From: Candidatus Bathyarchaeota archaeon
GTDB lineage: Archaea > Thermoproteota > Bathyarchaeia > Bathyarchaeales > WUQV01
DNA: 64,000 bases
NCBI GenBank assembly: GCA_021158125.1
Contig: JAGGVF010000012.1
Coordinates: 91,612 to 155,611, forward strand
Direction: 5' to 3'
This document shows, piece by piece, positions 38,684 to 48,530 of this stretch (the first letter of the stretch is position 1; the number at the start of each line of letters is the position of its first letter). The notes under the pieces are model-generated. The model had not been told where the DNA came from. It did no database searches and saw only the letters and a program-made list of their open reading frames with translations. Made by a program: the position numbers and the translations under genes.

Positions 38684-39480
38684 GTTCACACTCAATAGTT
38701 GCAAGGGTAAAACAGAAAAGAATAGCTCAACTGCTCTCGAAAGGCAAAAGAATAGATGGAAGAGGACTAACAGACTACCGCGAAATAAAAATTGAAACGG
38801 GACTAATTGAAAGAGCTGAAGGATCAGCAAGAGTTAGGCTGGGAAAAACTGAGGTTCTCGTCGGAACGAAAATTGAAGTTGGAGAACCCTTTCCCGACGT
38901 GCCCAACGAAGGAGTCTTAACAGTAAATGCTGAACTTGTGCCCCTTGCGTCTCCAACATTTGAACCTGGCCCGCCAAACGAAAACGCAATCGAACTTGCA
39001 AGAGTAGTTGATAGGGGGATAAGGGAGTCAAAGGCCATAGGCCTCGAAGACCTATGCATAATTCCCGGGAAAAAGGTCTTCATAGTCTTCGTTGACATAT
39101 ACGTGCTTAATCATGACGGAAACTTGATAGACGCATCGGCCCTAGCCGCCCTAGCTGCGTTAACCAACACCAAAATGTTCAATTACGAAGTGAAAAACGG
39201 CGAAATTGAAATTAAACCTGGCTATAAGCGTCTTCCGATTAAAAATTACCCAATAGCAGTTACCTTTGCAAAGATAAATGATAAATTAATTGTTGACCCG
39301 TGGCTTGAAGAAGAAAACGTTATGGACGCCAGGTTGACCATAACCTTCGAAAAGGAAGGAAAAATCTGCGCCTTACAGAAAGGTGGAAGCGGCCACTTCA
39401 CGCCGAAACAAATTTTAGAAGCCGTTAAAATAGCCTCTGAAAAATCCGAAGAACTCAGAAAACTCGTGGTGAAAAAATAA
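38680..39480 (+). CDS. rrp42: Exosome ring subunit Rrp42 (RNase PH-like)
   Basis: [39 protein letters not shown]. Confidence 0.88.
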   Translation: MSSHSIVARVKQKRIAQLLSKGKRIDGRGLTDYREIKIETGLIERAEGSARVRLGKTEVLVGTKIEVGEPFPDVPNEGVLTVNAELVPLASPTFEPGPPNENAIELARVVDRGIRESKAIGLEDLCIIPGKKVFIVFVDIYVLNHDGNLIDASALAALAALTNTKMFNYEVKNGEIEIKPGYKRLPIKNYPIAVTFAKINDKLIVDPWLEEENVMDARLTITFEKEGKICALQKGGSGHFTPKQILEAVKIASEKSEELRKLVVKK

Positions 39481-39797
39481 TGGGACGAAGAACCAAAAAG
39501 ATTGGGCCTCTCAGGGGATTCGGAGCCAGATACGGAGCTACAGTTAGAAAGCGGTATAGAAATATAGTTGAAGAAATGAGAAAGCCGCACAGATGCCCTC
39601 AATGCGGGTTTAACGCTGTAAAAAGGAAAAGTGTCGGAGTTTGGGTCTGCAGAAAATGTGGATTCACATTTGCGGGTGGAGCCTACACGCCATTCACAAA
39701 AATTGGCGCAGTTGCAAAAAGAGCTGCTACTTCTGCAATGACGTCTATTGAGGGAATGAGGCCGGCTCTAGCTGAGGAAACCGAGGAGGAAAAGTGA
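39480..39797 (+). CDS. rpl37ae: 50S ribosomal protein eL43 (L37Ae)
   Basis: GARYGATVRKRY...HRCPQCGFNAVKRKSVGVWVCRKCGFTFAGGAY. Confidence 0.88.
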   Translation: MGRRTKKIGPLRGFGARYGATVRKRYRNIVEEMRKPHRCPQCGFNAVKRKSVGVWVCRKCGFTFAGGAYTPFTKIGAVAKRAATSAMTSIEGMRPALAEETEEEK

Positions 39798-40366
39798 TTT
39801 TAATAACAACTTCTAGGAGGCCGACAAGGAGAATTAGAACTTTCTGCAACGACCTAGCACGTTGCATACCAAATTCCATAAGGGTTAACAGGGGTAAACT
39901 AAGCCGCGAGGGAGTAGCAGAAAAAGCCATGGAAATTAATGCAGACCGAATAATAATAGTGAACCGCTGGAAAGGAGGCCCTGGGAAAATCGAATTTTTC
40001 AAACTTAATGAAGGCTTAGTTGGTGTTCCTCCGCTGCTCTATATTAGGGGGATAAAACTTCAGAGGGAGATGGGCTTCCCGAAGACTAGACCCTTCCGTT
40101 CCTTAGCAATTACAGCAGTTTACACTTCTAATGAAGAGGAGATACCTAGACTCGCAGGGGCACTTTCAGAATTTCTTGAAGCCCCAATTGCTACATTGGA
40201 AGAGTTGTTAAAGCAAAGTTACCATGTTTTTATGCATATTTCTAGGGATGTTTCAGAAAGAATTAGAATAACTTTTTTCAAGCTTCCTGAAAACCGTGAG
40301 ATAGGGCCGAGAATAACGGTTTCTCATGTCATTTGGAGTTTGGAGAAACCCGCTTATGAAAGCTGA
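39794..40366 (+). CDS. Brix-domain (Imp4-like) ribosome biogenesis protein
   Basis: MILITTSRRPTRRIRTFCNDLARCIPNS...ADRIIIVNRWKGGPGKIEF. Superoperon position supports the call. Confidence 0.7.
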   Translation: MILITTSRRPTRRIRTFCNDLARCIPNSIRVNRGKLSREGVAEKAMEINADRIIIVNRWKGGPGKIEFFKLNEGLVGVPPLLYIRGIKLQREMGFPKTRPFRSLAITAVYTSNEEEIPRLAGALSEFLEAPIATLEELLKQSYHVFMHISRDVSERIRITFFKLPENREIGPRITVSHVIWSLEKPAYES

Positions 40367-40607
40367 AGCAACAGTAAGTATCGAATTTAAATCGGAAAAA
40401 ATGCTGGAAACAGTTTTTAAGGCTATAAAACCTGAAACTTTAACTCCTCCTACCAGACGTTCAAGGGCGTTTGCGAAAATTAACGGAAAAACTTTAATTT
40501 TAAAATTTGAAGCTACCGACACAACAGCCTTGAGGGCGGCTTTAAACTCTTACTTAAGATGGATAAGGCTTACAGTTGAAATTTTGGAAATTCTTGAAAA
40601 CGCTTAA
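40356..40607 (+). CDS. pcc1: KEOPS complex subunit Pcc1
   Basis: ATVSIEFKSEKMLETVFKAIKPE...LILKFEATDTTALRAALNSYLRWIRL. ATG 40356 is preferred over the track start at 40326. Confidence 0.72.
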   Translation: MKAEATVSIEFKSEKMLETVFKAIKPETLTPPTRRSRAFAKINGKTLILKFEATDTTALRAALNSYLRWIRLTVEILEILENA

Positions 40608-40650
40608 TTAATTCTTCTAAGTAATTTGGAGCGAGTCGGAGAGTTAAAAT

Positions 40651-41010
40651 ATGAGTGGAGAAAGCGCCAGACTTCCACCTCAAGTTCAAGAGCGCCTACT
40701 TAGACTTCAACAGCTTCAGCAAACACTTCAAAATGTCCTTGTTCAAAAGCAACAGTTGGAGCTGGAACTCACAGAGGTTGAACAAGCCTTAAGTGAACTT
40801 GAAAAACTTCCAGACGACGCTGTTATTTACAAGTCCATTGGAACCTTGCTTGTTAAGGCTGAAAAAGCTAAAGTTACGAAGGATTTGAATGAACGTAAAG
40901 AGCTTCTAAACATGAGAATCAACGTGCTTGGAAAACAGGAAGAACGCCTAAGAGGACAAGTTAAGGACCTACAAGAGAAAATTCAGCAAGACTTAAGGCC
41001 AATTTCATAA
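40651..41010 (+). CDS. pfdB: Prefoldin subunit beta
   Basis: LPPQVQERLLRLQQLQQTLQNVLVQKQQLELELTEVEQALSELEKL...IYKSIGTLLVK; a coiled-coil hairpin. Confidence 0.85.
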   Translation: MSGESARLPPQVQERLLRLQQLQQTLQNVLVQKQQLELELTEVEQALSELEKLPDDAVIYKSIGTLLVKAEKAKVTKDLNERKELLNMRINVLGKQEERLRGQVKDLQEKIQQDLRPIS

Positions 41011-41042
41011 AGGCATTTCACTTCGACTTTTAGGTGTAAAGA

Positions 41043-41348
41043 TTGAATGAAAAAAGCGACATACCAGAGCTTACTGCAGAACAAGTTGAAAAACTATGCG
41101 AAGTGGCAGAGGAAGCCGCAAGGAGGCATATTCTATCAAAGGTTCCGATGAGAAGAATCTCAGACTTCGACATAACAGTTGAAGTTGAAGGCTTAAAACC
41201 GCTAAACGTAACTGTTGACGTAAACCTAGAACTCTCTCCTTTAATGCGAAATTACGATGCTGAAAAGCTCGTGGAGGAAGCCGTGCAGAAGGCTTTCAAT
41301 GCAGTGGACAACTATCTGAGGGAGTTATCTTGCAAATCAAAAGAATAA
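41043..41348 (+). CDS. Conserved archaeal small protein (DUF3194-like from memory)
   Basis: 101-aa ORF after pfdB, as in other archaeal superoperons. No catalytic motif. Confidence 0.5.
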   Translation: MNEKSDIPELTAEQVEKLCEVAEEAARRHILSKVPMRRISDFDITVEVEGLKPLNVTVDVNLELSPLMRNYDAEKLVEEAVQKAFNAVDNYLRELSCKSKE

Positions 41349-42325
41349 TTGAGCTTATTGACGAACTAAATGTAAAGCTAGTCGTTTTATTATGTCATCA
41401 CAACGCTGACCCAGATGCAGTTTGTTCTGCATACGCTCTTTCAAGTCTTCTAAAACGTTTAAGACCGGAAATTCAAGTTGAAATCGCTGCAGCTCAAGGT
41501 CCAAGCAGGCTTTCTAAACACCTGTTAAATTTTATTCCAGCCACTTTGACGGAAGAACCGCGAATTGAGGAAGCAGACTTGCTGATAATACTTGACACAA
41601 ACACTGTTCAGCAGCTAGATGACTGGGCTGAACGAGTTAAAAATGCAAAAGCTCCAATAATAGTAATTGACCATCATGCTAGTCACCCTGAAACCGAAAA
41701 GCTCGCTACACTTATGGTGGCAGATGAAAACGCATCTTCAACATGTGAAATAATTTATAGATTTTTCAAAGAAGCCGAAACTAAGCCGGAAAAAAATGAA
41801 GCTTTGGCCATTTTCCTTGGAATAGCATTTGACACTAGACATTTCGTTTTAGCAAGCTCTTCTGCTCTAAAGACTGCGGCCGACTTGGTTGACGCTGGAG
41901 TAAATGTCCAAGAAGCCTTATCAATGCTCTCGCTGCCAATGGATCCTTCTGAGAGAATTGCCCGTCTGAAGGCTTCTCAAAGAGCTAAAATCAGAAAAAT
42001 TGACGATTGGATAATCGCTCTGTCTCACGTAAGCGCTTTTCAAGCATCAGCTGCAAGGGCGCTTATATCTCTCGGTGCAGACGTTGCAGTTGTAGCTGGC
42101 CAGATAAACGATTCAGTTAGGGTTAGTCTAAGATGCACCAAGGAATTTCATGAGAAAACCGGAATTCACTTAGGAAGAGACATAGCTAAGCCTTTAGGCG
42201 AATACCTCCATGGGATGGGAGGCGGCCATTCGGTTTCAGCCGGAGTGAATGGAAGCGGAGACGTTGAAGCCGCGTTAAAACGCTGTTTTAGGTTAATTAG
42301 GGAAAAGTTAAAAACAGTAACGTAA
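41330..42325 (+). CDS. DHH/DHHA1-family phosphoesterase (NrnA/RecJ-like)
   Basis: HHNADPDAVCSA (motif I-II), ILDTN, VIDHHASH (the DHH motif), GGGHSVSAG (DHHA1). Confidence 0.78.
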   Translation: MQIKRIIELIDELNVKLVVLLCHHNADPDAVCSAYALSSLLKRLRPEIQVEIAAAQGPSRLSKHLLNFIPATLTEEPRIEEADLLIILDTNTVQQLDDWAERVKNAKAPIIVIDHHASHPETEKLATLMVADENASSTCEIIYRFFKEAETKPEKNEALAIFLGIAFDTRHFVLASSSALKTAADLVDAGVNVQEALSMLSLPMDPSERIARLKASQRAKIRKIDDWIIALSHVSAFQASAARALISLGADVAVVAGQINDSVRVSLRCTKEFHEKTGIHLGRDIAKPLGEYLHGMGGGHSVSAGVNGSGDVEAALKRCFRLIREKLKTVT

Positions 42326-42388
42326 ATTCTACGGTTCGTTAATGAAGTGAAAGTTTAAAATTTAACAAAAATAAGTAGTTACTCTTAT

Positions 42389-43279
42389 TTGAGAGAAAAG
42401 TTCGATGTAAAGTGGCGGAACGCTGTGGCAGTCATCGAAGCAAAAAACCTCACTTTCACATACGCTGGAAGAGAATCTCCCTCAATTAGGGACATAACAC
42501 TTTCAATAGATAGAGGCGAATTCGTAATATTAACAGGCCCAAGCGGCTGCGGGAAAACAACACTTTGCAGATGCTTTAATGGGTTAATTCCCCACTTTTA
42601 CAATGGAAAGTTGGAAGGCGAAGTAATAGTTGCCGGACTGCGAGTGGATGAGCATCCAACTCATGAACTGGCACGTCACGTTGGTTTGGTTTTCCAAAAT
42701 CCGGAAAATCAACTTTTCGCTTTGTCAGTCGAAAAAGACGTAGCGTTCGGACTGGAAAATCTGGGCTTACCAAGAGAGGAAATACGTAAAACAGTGGATT
42801 GGGCTATGAAAACAACCGGAATCTATGAGCTTAGAGAAAGAGCGCCATACGAACTTTCCGGCGGTCAACAACAAAGAGTGGCTATTGCCGCTGTTTTAGC
42901 CATGCGGCCTGAAGTTATGGTCTTAGATGAACCAACATCATTCTTAGACCCCGTGGGTGCAAAGCAAATTTTCGACGTAATTTACAACTTAAACCGAAAG
43001 CTCGGCATTACCGTTGTACTAGTTGAGCACAGGCTTGACTTAGCCGCCAATTATGCAACAAGAGTAATTGTAATGAATGAAGGAAAAATAGTTTTAGACG
43101 GCTCGCCAAAGAAGATTTTGAGCTCTGAGGAAGCCAGACTCATAGGAATAGGCATTCCTAAGGCTACTATGCTCTATCAAATTTTGAAAAATGACGGTTT
43201 ACCACTACGTGGAAACGAGACTCCGGTAACCCCTGAAGAAACAGCGAAGCTCATTGAGGAGGCTCTAAGGGATGATTGA
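42389..43279 (+). CDS. ecfA1: ECF transporter ATPase component (EcfA-type ABC ATPase)
   Basis: Walker A GPSGCGKTT, signature LSGGQQQRVAIA, Walker B VMVLDEPTSFLD. Confidence 0.85.
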   Translation: MREKFDVKWRNAVAVIEAKNLTFTYAGRESPSIRDITLSIDRGEFVILTGPSGCGKTTLCRCFNGLIPHFYNGKLEGEVIVAGLRVDEHPTHELARHVGLVFQNPENQLFALSVEKDVAFGLENLGLPREEIRKTVDWAMKTTGIYELRERAPYELSGGQQQRVAIAAVLAMRPEVMVLDEPTSFLDPVGAKQIFDVIYNLNRKLGITVVLVEHRLDLAANYATRVIVMNEGKIVLDGSPKKILSSEEARLIGIGIPKATMLYQILKNDGLPLRGNETPVTPEETAKLIEEALRDD

Positions 43280-44099
43280 GGTAAAAAACGTTTATTTCAC
43301 CTATCCAAATGGAGTTGAAGCCCTAAAAGGGGTTTCATTAAAAATAGACAGGGGCGATTTTGTAGCAATCATGGGGCAAAACGGAGCTGGAAAAACAACT
43401 CTTGTGAAGCATTTTAACGGTTTGCTGAAGCCAACTAAAGGCGACGTTTTTGTGGACGGAATAAATACCCGAGACGAAAGTGTTGCAACCCTAGCTCGAA
43501 AAGTTGGATACGTCTTCCAAAATCCTGACCATCAACTCTTCTGCGAAACAGTAGAGCAAGAAATAGCTTTCGCCTTGAAGAATTTCGGTTTTAAAGAAGA
43601 ACTTATAGAGAAAAGGGTTAAGTGGGCACTTAACCTTTTAGGGTTAACACAGTATAGGGAAAGCTCCCCATTCATGCTGAGCGGCGGCGAAAGAAAACGT
43701 GTCGCACTCGCCTCAGTTCTGGCTTGGGACCCAGAAGTCGTAGTTTTAGATGAACCTACCATTGGACAGGATTATATGCAAAAGGAAAGGCTTAGACAGT
43801 TCATTATGCAGCTTAGGTCTCAAGGCAAAACAGTTGTTATAGTCACCCACGACGTTGAATTCGTGGCTGATTGCAATCCAAGAATAGTTTTAATGGCCAA
43901 CGGAAAAATATTAGCAGACGGCCCAGCAGAAGAAATACTTACAAATTCAAATCTACTAGCTAAAGCTTCGGTAATTTCTCCTCAAATAACCCAAATATTT
44001 TTAAAACTTAAGCATTTTGGGCTTCCAACGAAAATAATTGACGTTTACAAGGCAAGAGAAATAATTGTTGAACATTATAAATCGAAGGTGAAAAAATGA
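43272..44099 (+). CDS. ecfA2: ECF transporter ATPase component 2
   Basis: Walker A GQNGAGKTT, signature LSGGERKRVALA, Walker B VVVLDEPTIGQD. Confidence 0.85.
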   Translation: MIEVKNVYFTYPNGVEALKGVSLKIDRGDFVAIMGQNGAGKTTLVKHFNGLLKPTKGDVFVDGINTRDESVATLARKVGYVFQNPDHQLFCETVEQEIAFALKNFGFKEELIEKRVKWALNLLGLTQYRESSPFMLSGGERKRVALASVLAWDPEVVVLDEPTIGQDYMQKERLRQFIMQLRSQGKTVVIVTHDVEFVADCNPRIVLMANGKILADGPAEEILTNSNLLAKASVISPQITQIFLKLKHFGLPTKIIDVYKAREIIVEHYKSKVKK

Positions 44100-44881
44100 G
44101 TTTCTTTGAGGGTTTAAAATTTAGAAAGATTTCATCTCCTATTCACAATTTGGATCCCAGGGTTAAATTTGCATTTGTTCTCGTGATTTTTGTTCTAGCA
44201 ATAGTCTTCTGGGAACTTCCGGCTTTACTTGTGCTTTTCATTTTACAAATTCCGTTTGTAATTTTGGCACGTGTTGGCAGACGGTGGATTCGTTCAATGA
44301 AAGGTGCAGCCTTCCTCGCGGCTTTAATATTCATAACGAATTTCGGTTTCCAATTCTTTTATGGTGCCGAGTCTCTTTCTTCTTTAATAGAGCGGTCGGT
44401 TGCAATGACTTTTCGCTTTATAGTTTTGGTGAGTTCCTTCTCTGTTTTCTTCCTAACAACTTCCCCCGACATGCTTGGCTTGGCTTTGGAGCAAAGCCGC
44501 ATACCCTACGAGTTTTGTTTTGCATTCACAACTGCAGTACGTTTCGTTCCAGTCTTAGCGGATGAAGCCCAAACAATAATGGACGCCCAAAAAGCAAGAG
44601 GATTAGAACTAGAAAAGGGGAACTTTCTAAAACGCATAAAAAATTACATTCCCATTCTGGTTCCCCTAATTGTAAATGCAATTCGAAGAAGCATAGAACT
44701 TGCCGAAGCAATGGAGTCTAGAGCGTGGGGGGCAACCAAAAAAAGAACAAACTTGTACATTTTAAAACTTAAAAGAAACGACTATGCCTTAGCGTTGATA
44801 ACAACCATGATCCTCGCAATTGCAATTTACGTAAGAATCTACGTTCCAATACCCTCAATCACGAGTTTTCTAACAATCTAA
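44096..44881 (+). CDS. ecfT: ECF transporter transmembrane (T) component, CbiQ family
   Basis: Multi-TM protein following the two EcfA genes. Contains the ARG-type coupling helix motif QKARGLELE. No S component is adjacent. Confidence 0.8.
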   Translation: MSFFEGLKFRKISSPIHNLDPRVKFAFVLVIFVLAIVFWELPALLVLFILQIPFVILARVGRRWIRSMKGAAFLAALIFITNFGFQFFYGAESLSSLIERSVAMTFRFIVLVSSFSVFFLTTSPDMLGLALEQSRIPYEFCFAFTTAVRFVPVLADEAQTIMDAQKARGLELEKGNFLKRIKNYIPILVPLIVNAIRRSIELAEAMESRAWGATKKRTNLYILKLKRNDYALALITTMILAIAIYVRIYVPIPSITSFLTI

Positions 44882-44918
44882 ATTTGAAAATTTTTAGTCT
44901 AGAAACAGCTATAAAATC

Positions 44919-45644
44919 ATGGAAGTGCGAAGTTTGCAACCTAAAACTCTTAGAATAATTGTTGATGAACGTGAAAAGCCTTCAAGTGTACCGGAAGCCC
45001 TAAAGAAGTTGGGCGCACAAGTTGAATTTAAAATGCTTGAAGTTGGAGATTACATTGTTTCGCCCCTATGTGCAGTTGAACGTAAAAGCAGCCGAGATTT
45101 CTTGAAATCACTTTATTCAGGAAGACTTTTCGATCAAGCTTCTAGAATAAGTGACTGCTATGAAAAATCAGTTTTAATTGTTGAAGGAGACTTTCCAAAC
45201 TTTTTGTACGAGATGAAAAATCCGAAGGTTTTTTGGGGAGCTTTAACGGCTTTAGCTTTCAAATTTAACCTAAACGTTTTCTTCACAGCCGAGCCTTGGC
45301 AAACTGCAGAGTTAATCTATACTATTGCAAAGCATGAAAGCGTCAAAAAGCTTGCTGGACCCTACGTTAAAAAGAGATTTAAAGCAGAAGATGTGGAGCA
45401 AAATCAGCTTTTAATCGTTTCCTCCTTGCCCGGAGTAGGACCAAAACTTGGAGAAAGACTTCTTAAACGTTTTGGAACCATTAGAAGAATTTTTAACGCC
45501 TCAATTGCTGAACTCGCCTCGGTTGAGGGAGTTGGAAGGGCGAAAGCTGAACGAATAGCAAGAATTTTAGACTCCTACTATAAGCCATTAGCAACTAAAC
45601 CCCAGCAACTTCCACTTGACGAAAGCAAACTGCAGACAACCTAA
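44919..45644 (+). CDS. xpf: ERCC4-type nuclease, short XPF (nuclease + HhH2, no helicase domain)
   Basis: IIVDEREK...VGDYIVSPLCAVERKSSRDF (GDxnERK). C-terminal LPGVGPKLGERLLKRFG and VEGVGRAKAERI hairpins. Confidence 0.85.
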   Translation: MEVRSLQPKTLRIIVDEREKPSSVPEALKKLGAQVEFKMLEVGDYIVSPLCAVERKSSRDFLKSLYSGRLFDQASRISDCYEKSVLIVEGDFPNFLYEMKNPKVFWGALTALAFKFNLNVFFTAEPWQTAELIYTIAKHESVKKLAGPYVKKRFKAEDVEQNQLLIVSSLPGVGPKLGERLLKRFGTIRRIFNASIAELASVEGVGRAKAERIARILDSYYKPLATKPQQLPLDESKLQTT

Positions 45645-45723
45645 AAGTCGACGTGTATGCACGCTCTTCCGTAAGATTTTTAACTTTTAAATTAGAGTAT
45701 GGCTTCTCGCGGAGAGAATAAAT

Positions 45724-46323
45724 TTGAAATGGTTAAGGGCCGCAGCCCAAGAAATAATTGAAGGAGCTAAGAGGGCGTTAAGCGAACTTGATTACGAGCA
45801 AGTAGAAAAAATGATTCAAATGATTCTTGAAGCCAGAAATAAGAAAATATTCGTTGTGGGGATGGGAAGAAGCGGCTTTGTTGGAAGAGCCTTCGCTCTT
45901 AGGCTCATGAATTTAGGATTTAACGTTTACTTCATAGGAGAAACTATTACCCCGGCGGCGGAAAAAGGCGATTTGTTAATAGCTATTTCTGGAACGGGAG
46001 CAACAAAAATAGTTTTGACCGCAAGTGCTGCGGCTAAGGAAATAGGCGCCAAAGTCATAGCTGTAACGAGCTTTCCAGAATCCCCCTTAGGAAAGATAGC
46101 TGACCACGTAGTTGTCGTTGGAGGAAGAACAAAGGCTGGGTGGCCGAAGGAAGCTGACTATTTTGCCAGACAACTTGTCGGAGAAAGAGAACCTTTAACG
46201 CCTCTGGGAAGCATATTTGAGAACAACTGTATGATATTCCTTGACAGTCTAGTAGTCGAACTCATGGCTAGGCTGGGAAAGACTGAGGAAGAATTAAGAG
46301 CTCGTCACGCAACAATAGAATAG
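45724..46323 (+). CDS. hxlB: 6-phospho-3-hexuloisomerase (SIS domain)
   Basis: KIFVVGMGRSGFVGRAFALRLMNLGFNVYFIGETITPA...LLIAISGTGAT. Confidence 0.78.
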   Translation: MKWLRAAAQEIIEGAKRALSELDYEQVEKMIQMILEARNKKIFVVGMGRSGFVGRAFALRLMNLGFNVYFIGETITPAAEKGDLLIAISGTGATKIVLTASAAAKEIGAKVIAVTSFPESPLGKIADHVVVVGGRTKAGWPKEADYFARQLVGEREPLTPLGSIFENNCMIFLDSLVVELMARLGKTEEELRARHATIE

Positions 46324-46362
46324 CAGTCATAAACTGTAAATTATTGAAAGGGGCTGGTTAAA

Positions 46363-46440
46363 ATTCGCAAAAAATGGAAAAAGAAAAGGATGCGAAGACA
46401 AAAAAAGAAACGTCAGAAAAGAAGAGCAAGATACAAATAG
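46363..46440 (+). CDS. rpl41e: 50S ribosomal protein eL41 (25 aa), absent from ORF track, apparent non-AUG start
   Basis: Hand translation gives (I/M)RKKWKKKRMRRQKKKRQKRRARYK*. It aligns residue-for-residue with eukaryotic eL41 as I recall it ([25 protein letters not shown]). The frame is open only from 46348. In-frame start candidates are ATT 46363 (AGGGG 9 nt upstream) or CTG 46354. Confidence 0.7.
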   Translation: MRKKWKKKRMRRQKKKRQKRRARYK

Positions 46441-46554
46441 AAAATAAGTTTCCAAATTACAAACCCAGTTAGGCATATCAAGTAAACTTGCTTTTCTAAA
46501 TTCTGCGTTACACCTATATTTCAGAAATCACCAACCAAAAAGGAAGGAATTTAA

Positions 46555-47712
46555 ATGGAAAAACACGGTCAATTATTAGAATCTGGAAAATACTTCATGC
46601 AGGGAAATGAAGCTCTTGCCGAAGGCGCACTGTTTGCAGGCTGCAGATTCTTCGCTGGTTACCCGATAACTCCGGCAAGCGAAGTTCTGGAGTACTTAGC
46701 CAAGAAAATGCCTAAAAATGGTGGAATTTGCATACAGATGGAAGATGAAATGGCTTCCCTTGCAGCGGCTATAGGCGCAAGCTGGGCTGGAGCAAAAGCC
46801 ATGACCGCCACCTCCGGACCAGGCTTTAGCCTAATGCAAGAGTTGATAGGCTACGCTTTCATGACTGAAACTCCAGTTGTAGTGGCGGATATACAGCGTC
46901 AAGGCCCAAGCACCGGACAGGCCACTAAAGGAGCGCAGGGAGACGTTATGCAGGCTAGATGGGGGACCCACGGCGACTACGTATCAATAGTCTTGTCGCC
47001 AAACTCTCCTCAGGAAATGTTTGAATTGGTAATTGAAGCCTTCAACTTAGCTGAGAAGTATCGCACACCAGTCATATTGCTTGCAGATGAAGCAGTTGCA
47101 CACATGAGGGAAATAGTGGAAATCCCTCCCCTTGAAGAAATTAGGCTTAGTGAACGTAAAAAACCAAGGTCTGTGAATGAAGCGTTTTTTGGAGGAGAAG
47201 ATGTCCCTCCGATGCCTCCGCTTGGAGAGGGTTATTACGTGGCCGTCACCGGGTCAACCCATAATGAGTATGGAATCCGCTTTACCGCAGACCCTCAAGT
47301 GCATAGGAAGCTCGTTGAAAGACTTGTTGGAAAAATAGTTAAAAACACGGATAAAATCGCCAAGTTTGAAGCAGTAAACATTGAAGATTGCGACGTGGGC
47401 ATAGTAGCTTACGGATGCACTTCGAGATCTGTATACGAAGCAATTGAAATGGCGAAGGAAAAGGGAATAAAAATTGGTTTTGTCCGTTTAAAGACCATTT
47501 GGCCTTTTCCGGAAAAACCAGTGAAGAAACTTGCTGAAAAAGCTGAATTTATAATTGTTCCGGAGATGAACCTAAAGCAGCTTTACTACGAAGTTCAAAG
47601 AGTAGCCGGCTGCGAGGCTGAGGTTGTCTCATTAAATAAGATTGGTGGAGGAGAGATGATAACCCCGGAGGAGATACTAGCTAAAATAAGGAGGATAATG
47701 CAGCATGAATGA
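46555..47712 (+). CDS. 2-oxoacid:ferredoxin oxidoreductase, alpha subunit
   Basis: GNEALAEGALFAGCRFFAGYPITPASEV...TSGPGFSLMQE. Substrate (2-oxoglutarate, pyruvate or other) cannot be decided from sequence alone. Confidence 0.82.
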   Translation: MEKHGQLLESGKYFMQGNEALAEGALFAGCRFFAGYPITPASEVLEYLAKKMPKNGGICIQMEDEMASLAAAIGASWAGAKAMTATSGPGFSLMQELIGYAFMTETPVVVADIQRQGPSTGQATKGAQGDVMQARWGTHGDYVSIVLSPNSPQEMFELVIEAFNLAEKYRTPVILLADEAVAHMREIVEIPPLEEIRLSERKKPRSVNEAFFGGEDVPPMPPLGEGYYVAVTGSTHNEYGIRFTADPQVHRKLVERLVGKIVKNTDKIAKFEAVNIEDCDVGIVAYGCTSRSVYEAIEMAKEKGIKIGFVRLKTIWPFPEKPVKKLAEKAEFIIVPEMNLKQLYYEVQRVAGCEAEVVSLNKIGGGEMITPEEILAKIRRIMQHE

Positions 47713-48529
47713 AGGCTTTTCTCGGAAACTGTTTATGCGCGACTTGAAACTTCCATTTTGCCCAGGATGCGGAAACTACATGATAATAGACGCTTTTCTA
47801 AGGGCTGTCTACGAACTTGGCTATAGAAACTTGAAAAATTTCGTTTTCTGCAGTGGAATTGGCTGCGCCGCATGGATTCCTTCACCCTACTTCCTAGCCG
47901 ACTCGATACACACTCCGCATGGAAGGAGCATACCAGTTGCAATGGGCGTAAAGCTTGTCAGGCCGGAATTGAAGGTTGTAGTCTTCGGAGGAGACGGTGA
48001 CCTAGCTGGAATTGGCTTAAGCCACCTAATCCATGCAGCTAGGAGAAACATTGACATATCCGTGTTTATGGTTAACAATCAAGTTTACGGAATGACTGGA
48101 GGCCAAGTTGCACCTACAACTCTGCAGGGAATAAAAACGACTTCAACGCCGTATGGAAGTTTCGAAAGACCATTAGACGTCTCCAAAATCGTCGCAGAAG
48201 CTGGTGCATGTTACGTAGCCAGATGGACAACTGTCCACAGAAACGAACTCAAAGAAGCCATGAAAAAGGCGATTTTAACCGAGGGCTTCTCATTCGTTGA
48301 AATTCTAAGTCAGTGCCCCACAATGTTCGGGAGGCATGCCGGCTTTAAAAACTTGGCGGAAATAATGAAATGGTTTAAGGAAAAATCTGTTTCAATCGAG
48401 GAAAGTAGAAAAATGAGCGGGCGAGAATTATCTGACAGGATAGTTGTAGGCGAATTTGTTCATAGGAAGTTTATTCCATTAACTAAAATTTTTTCAACTC
48501 TTAAAAAGCAAGTATCAGAGGTGGTTTAA
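47705..48529 (+). CDS. 2-oxoacid:ferredoxin oxidoreductase, beta (TPP-binding) subunit
   Basis: FCPGCGNYMI...VVFGGDGDLAGIGLSHLIHAARRNIDISVFMVNNQVYGMTGGQ. Confidence 0.82.
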   Translation: MNEGFSRKLFMRDLKLPFCPGCGNYMIIDAFLRAVYELGYRNLKNFVFCSGIGCAAWIPSPYFLADSIHTPHGRSIPVAMGVKLVRPELKVVVFGGDGDLAGIGLSHLIHAARRNIDISVFMVNNQVYGMTGGQVAPTTLQGIKTTSTPYGSFERPLDVSKIVAEAGACYVARWTTVHRNELKEAMKKAILTEGFSFVEILSQCPTMFGRHAGFKNLAEIMKWFKEKSVSIEESRKMSGRELSDRIVVGEFVHRKFIPLTKIFSTLKKQVSEVV

Positions 48530-48530
48530 A

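Noticed and set aside
46374-46472. ATG-initiated 32-aa ORF (MEKEKDAKTKKETSEKKSKIQIENKFPNYKPS) overlapping the eL41 frame
   Set aside because: It has a canonical start but no recognisable family. The overlapping frame reproduces eL41 almost residue-for-residue, so the ATG ORF is more likely a by-product of the A/G-rich eL41 codons.
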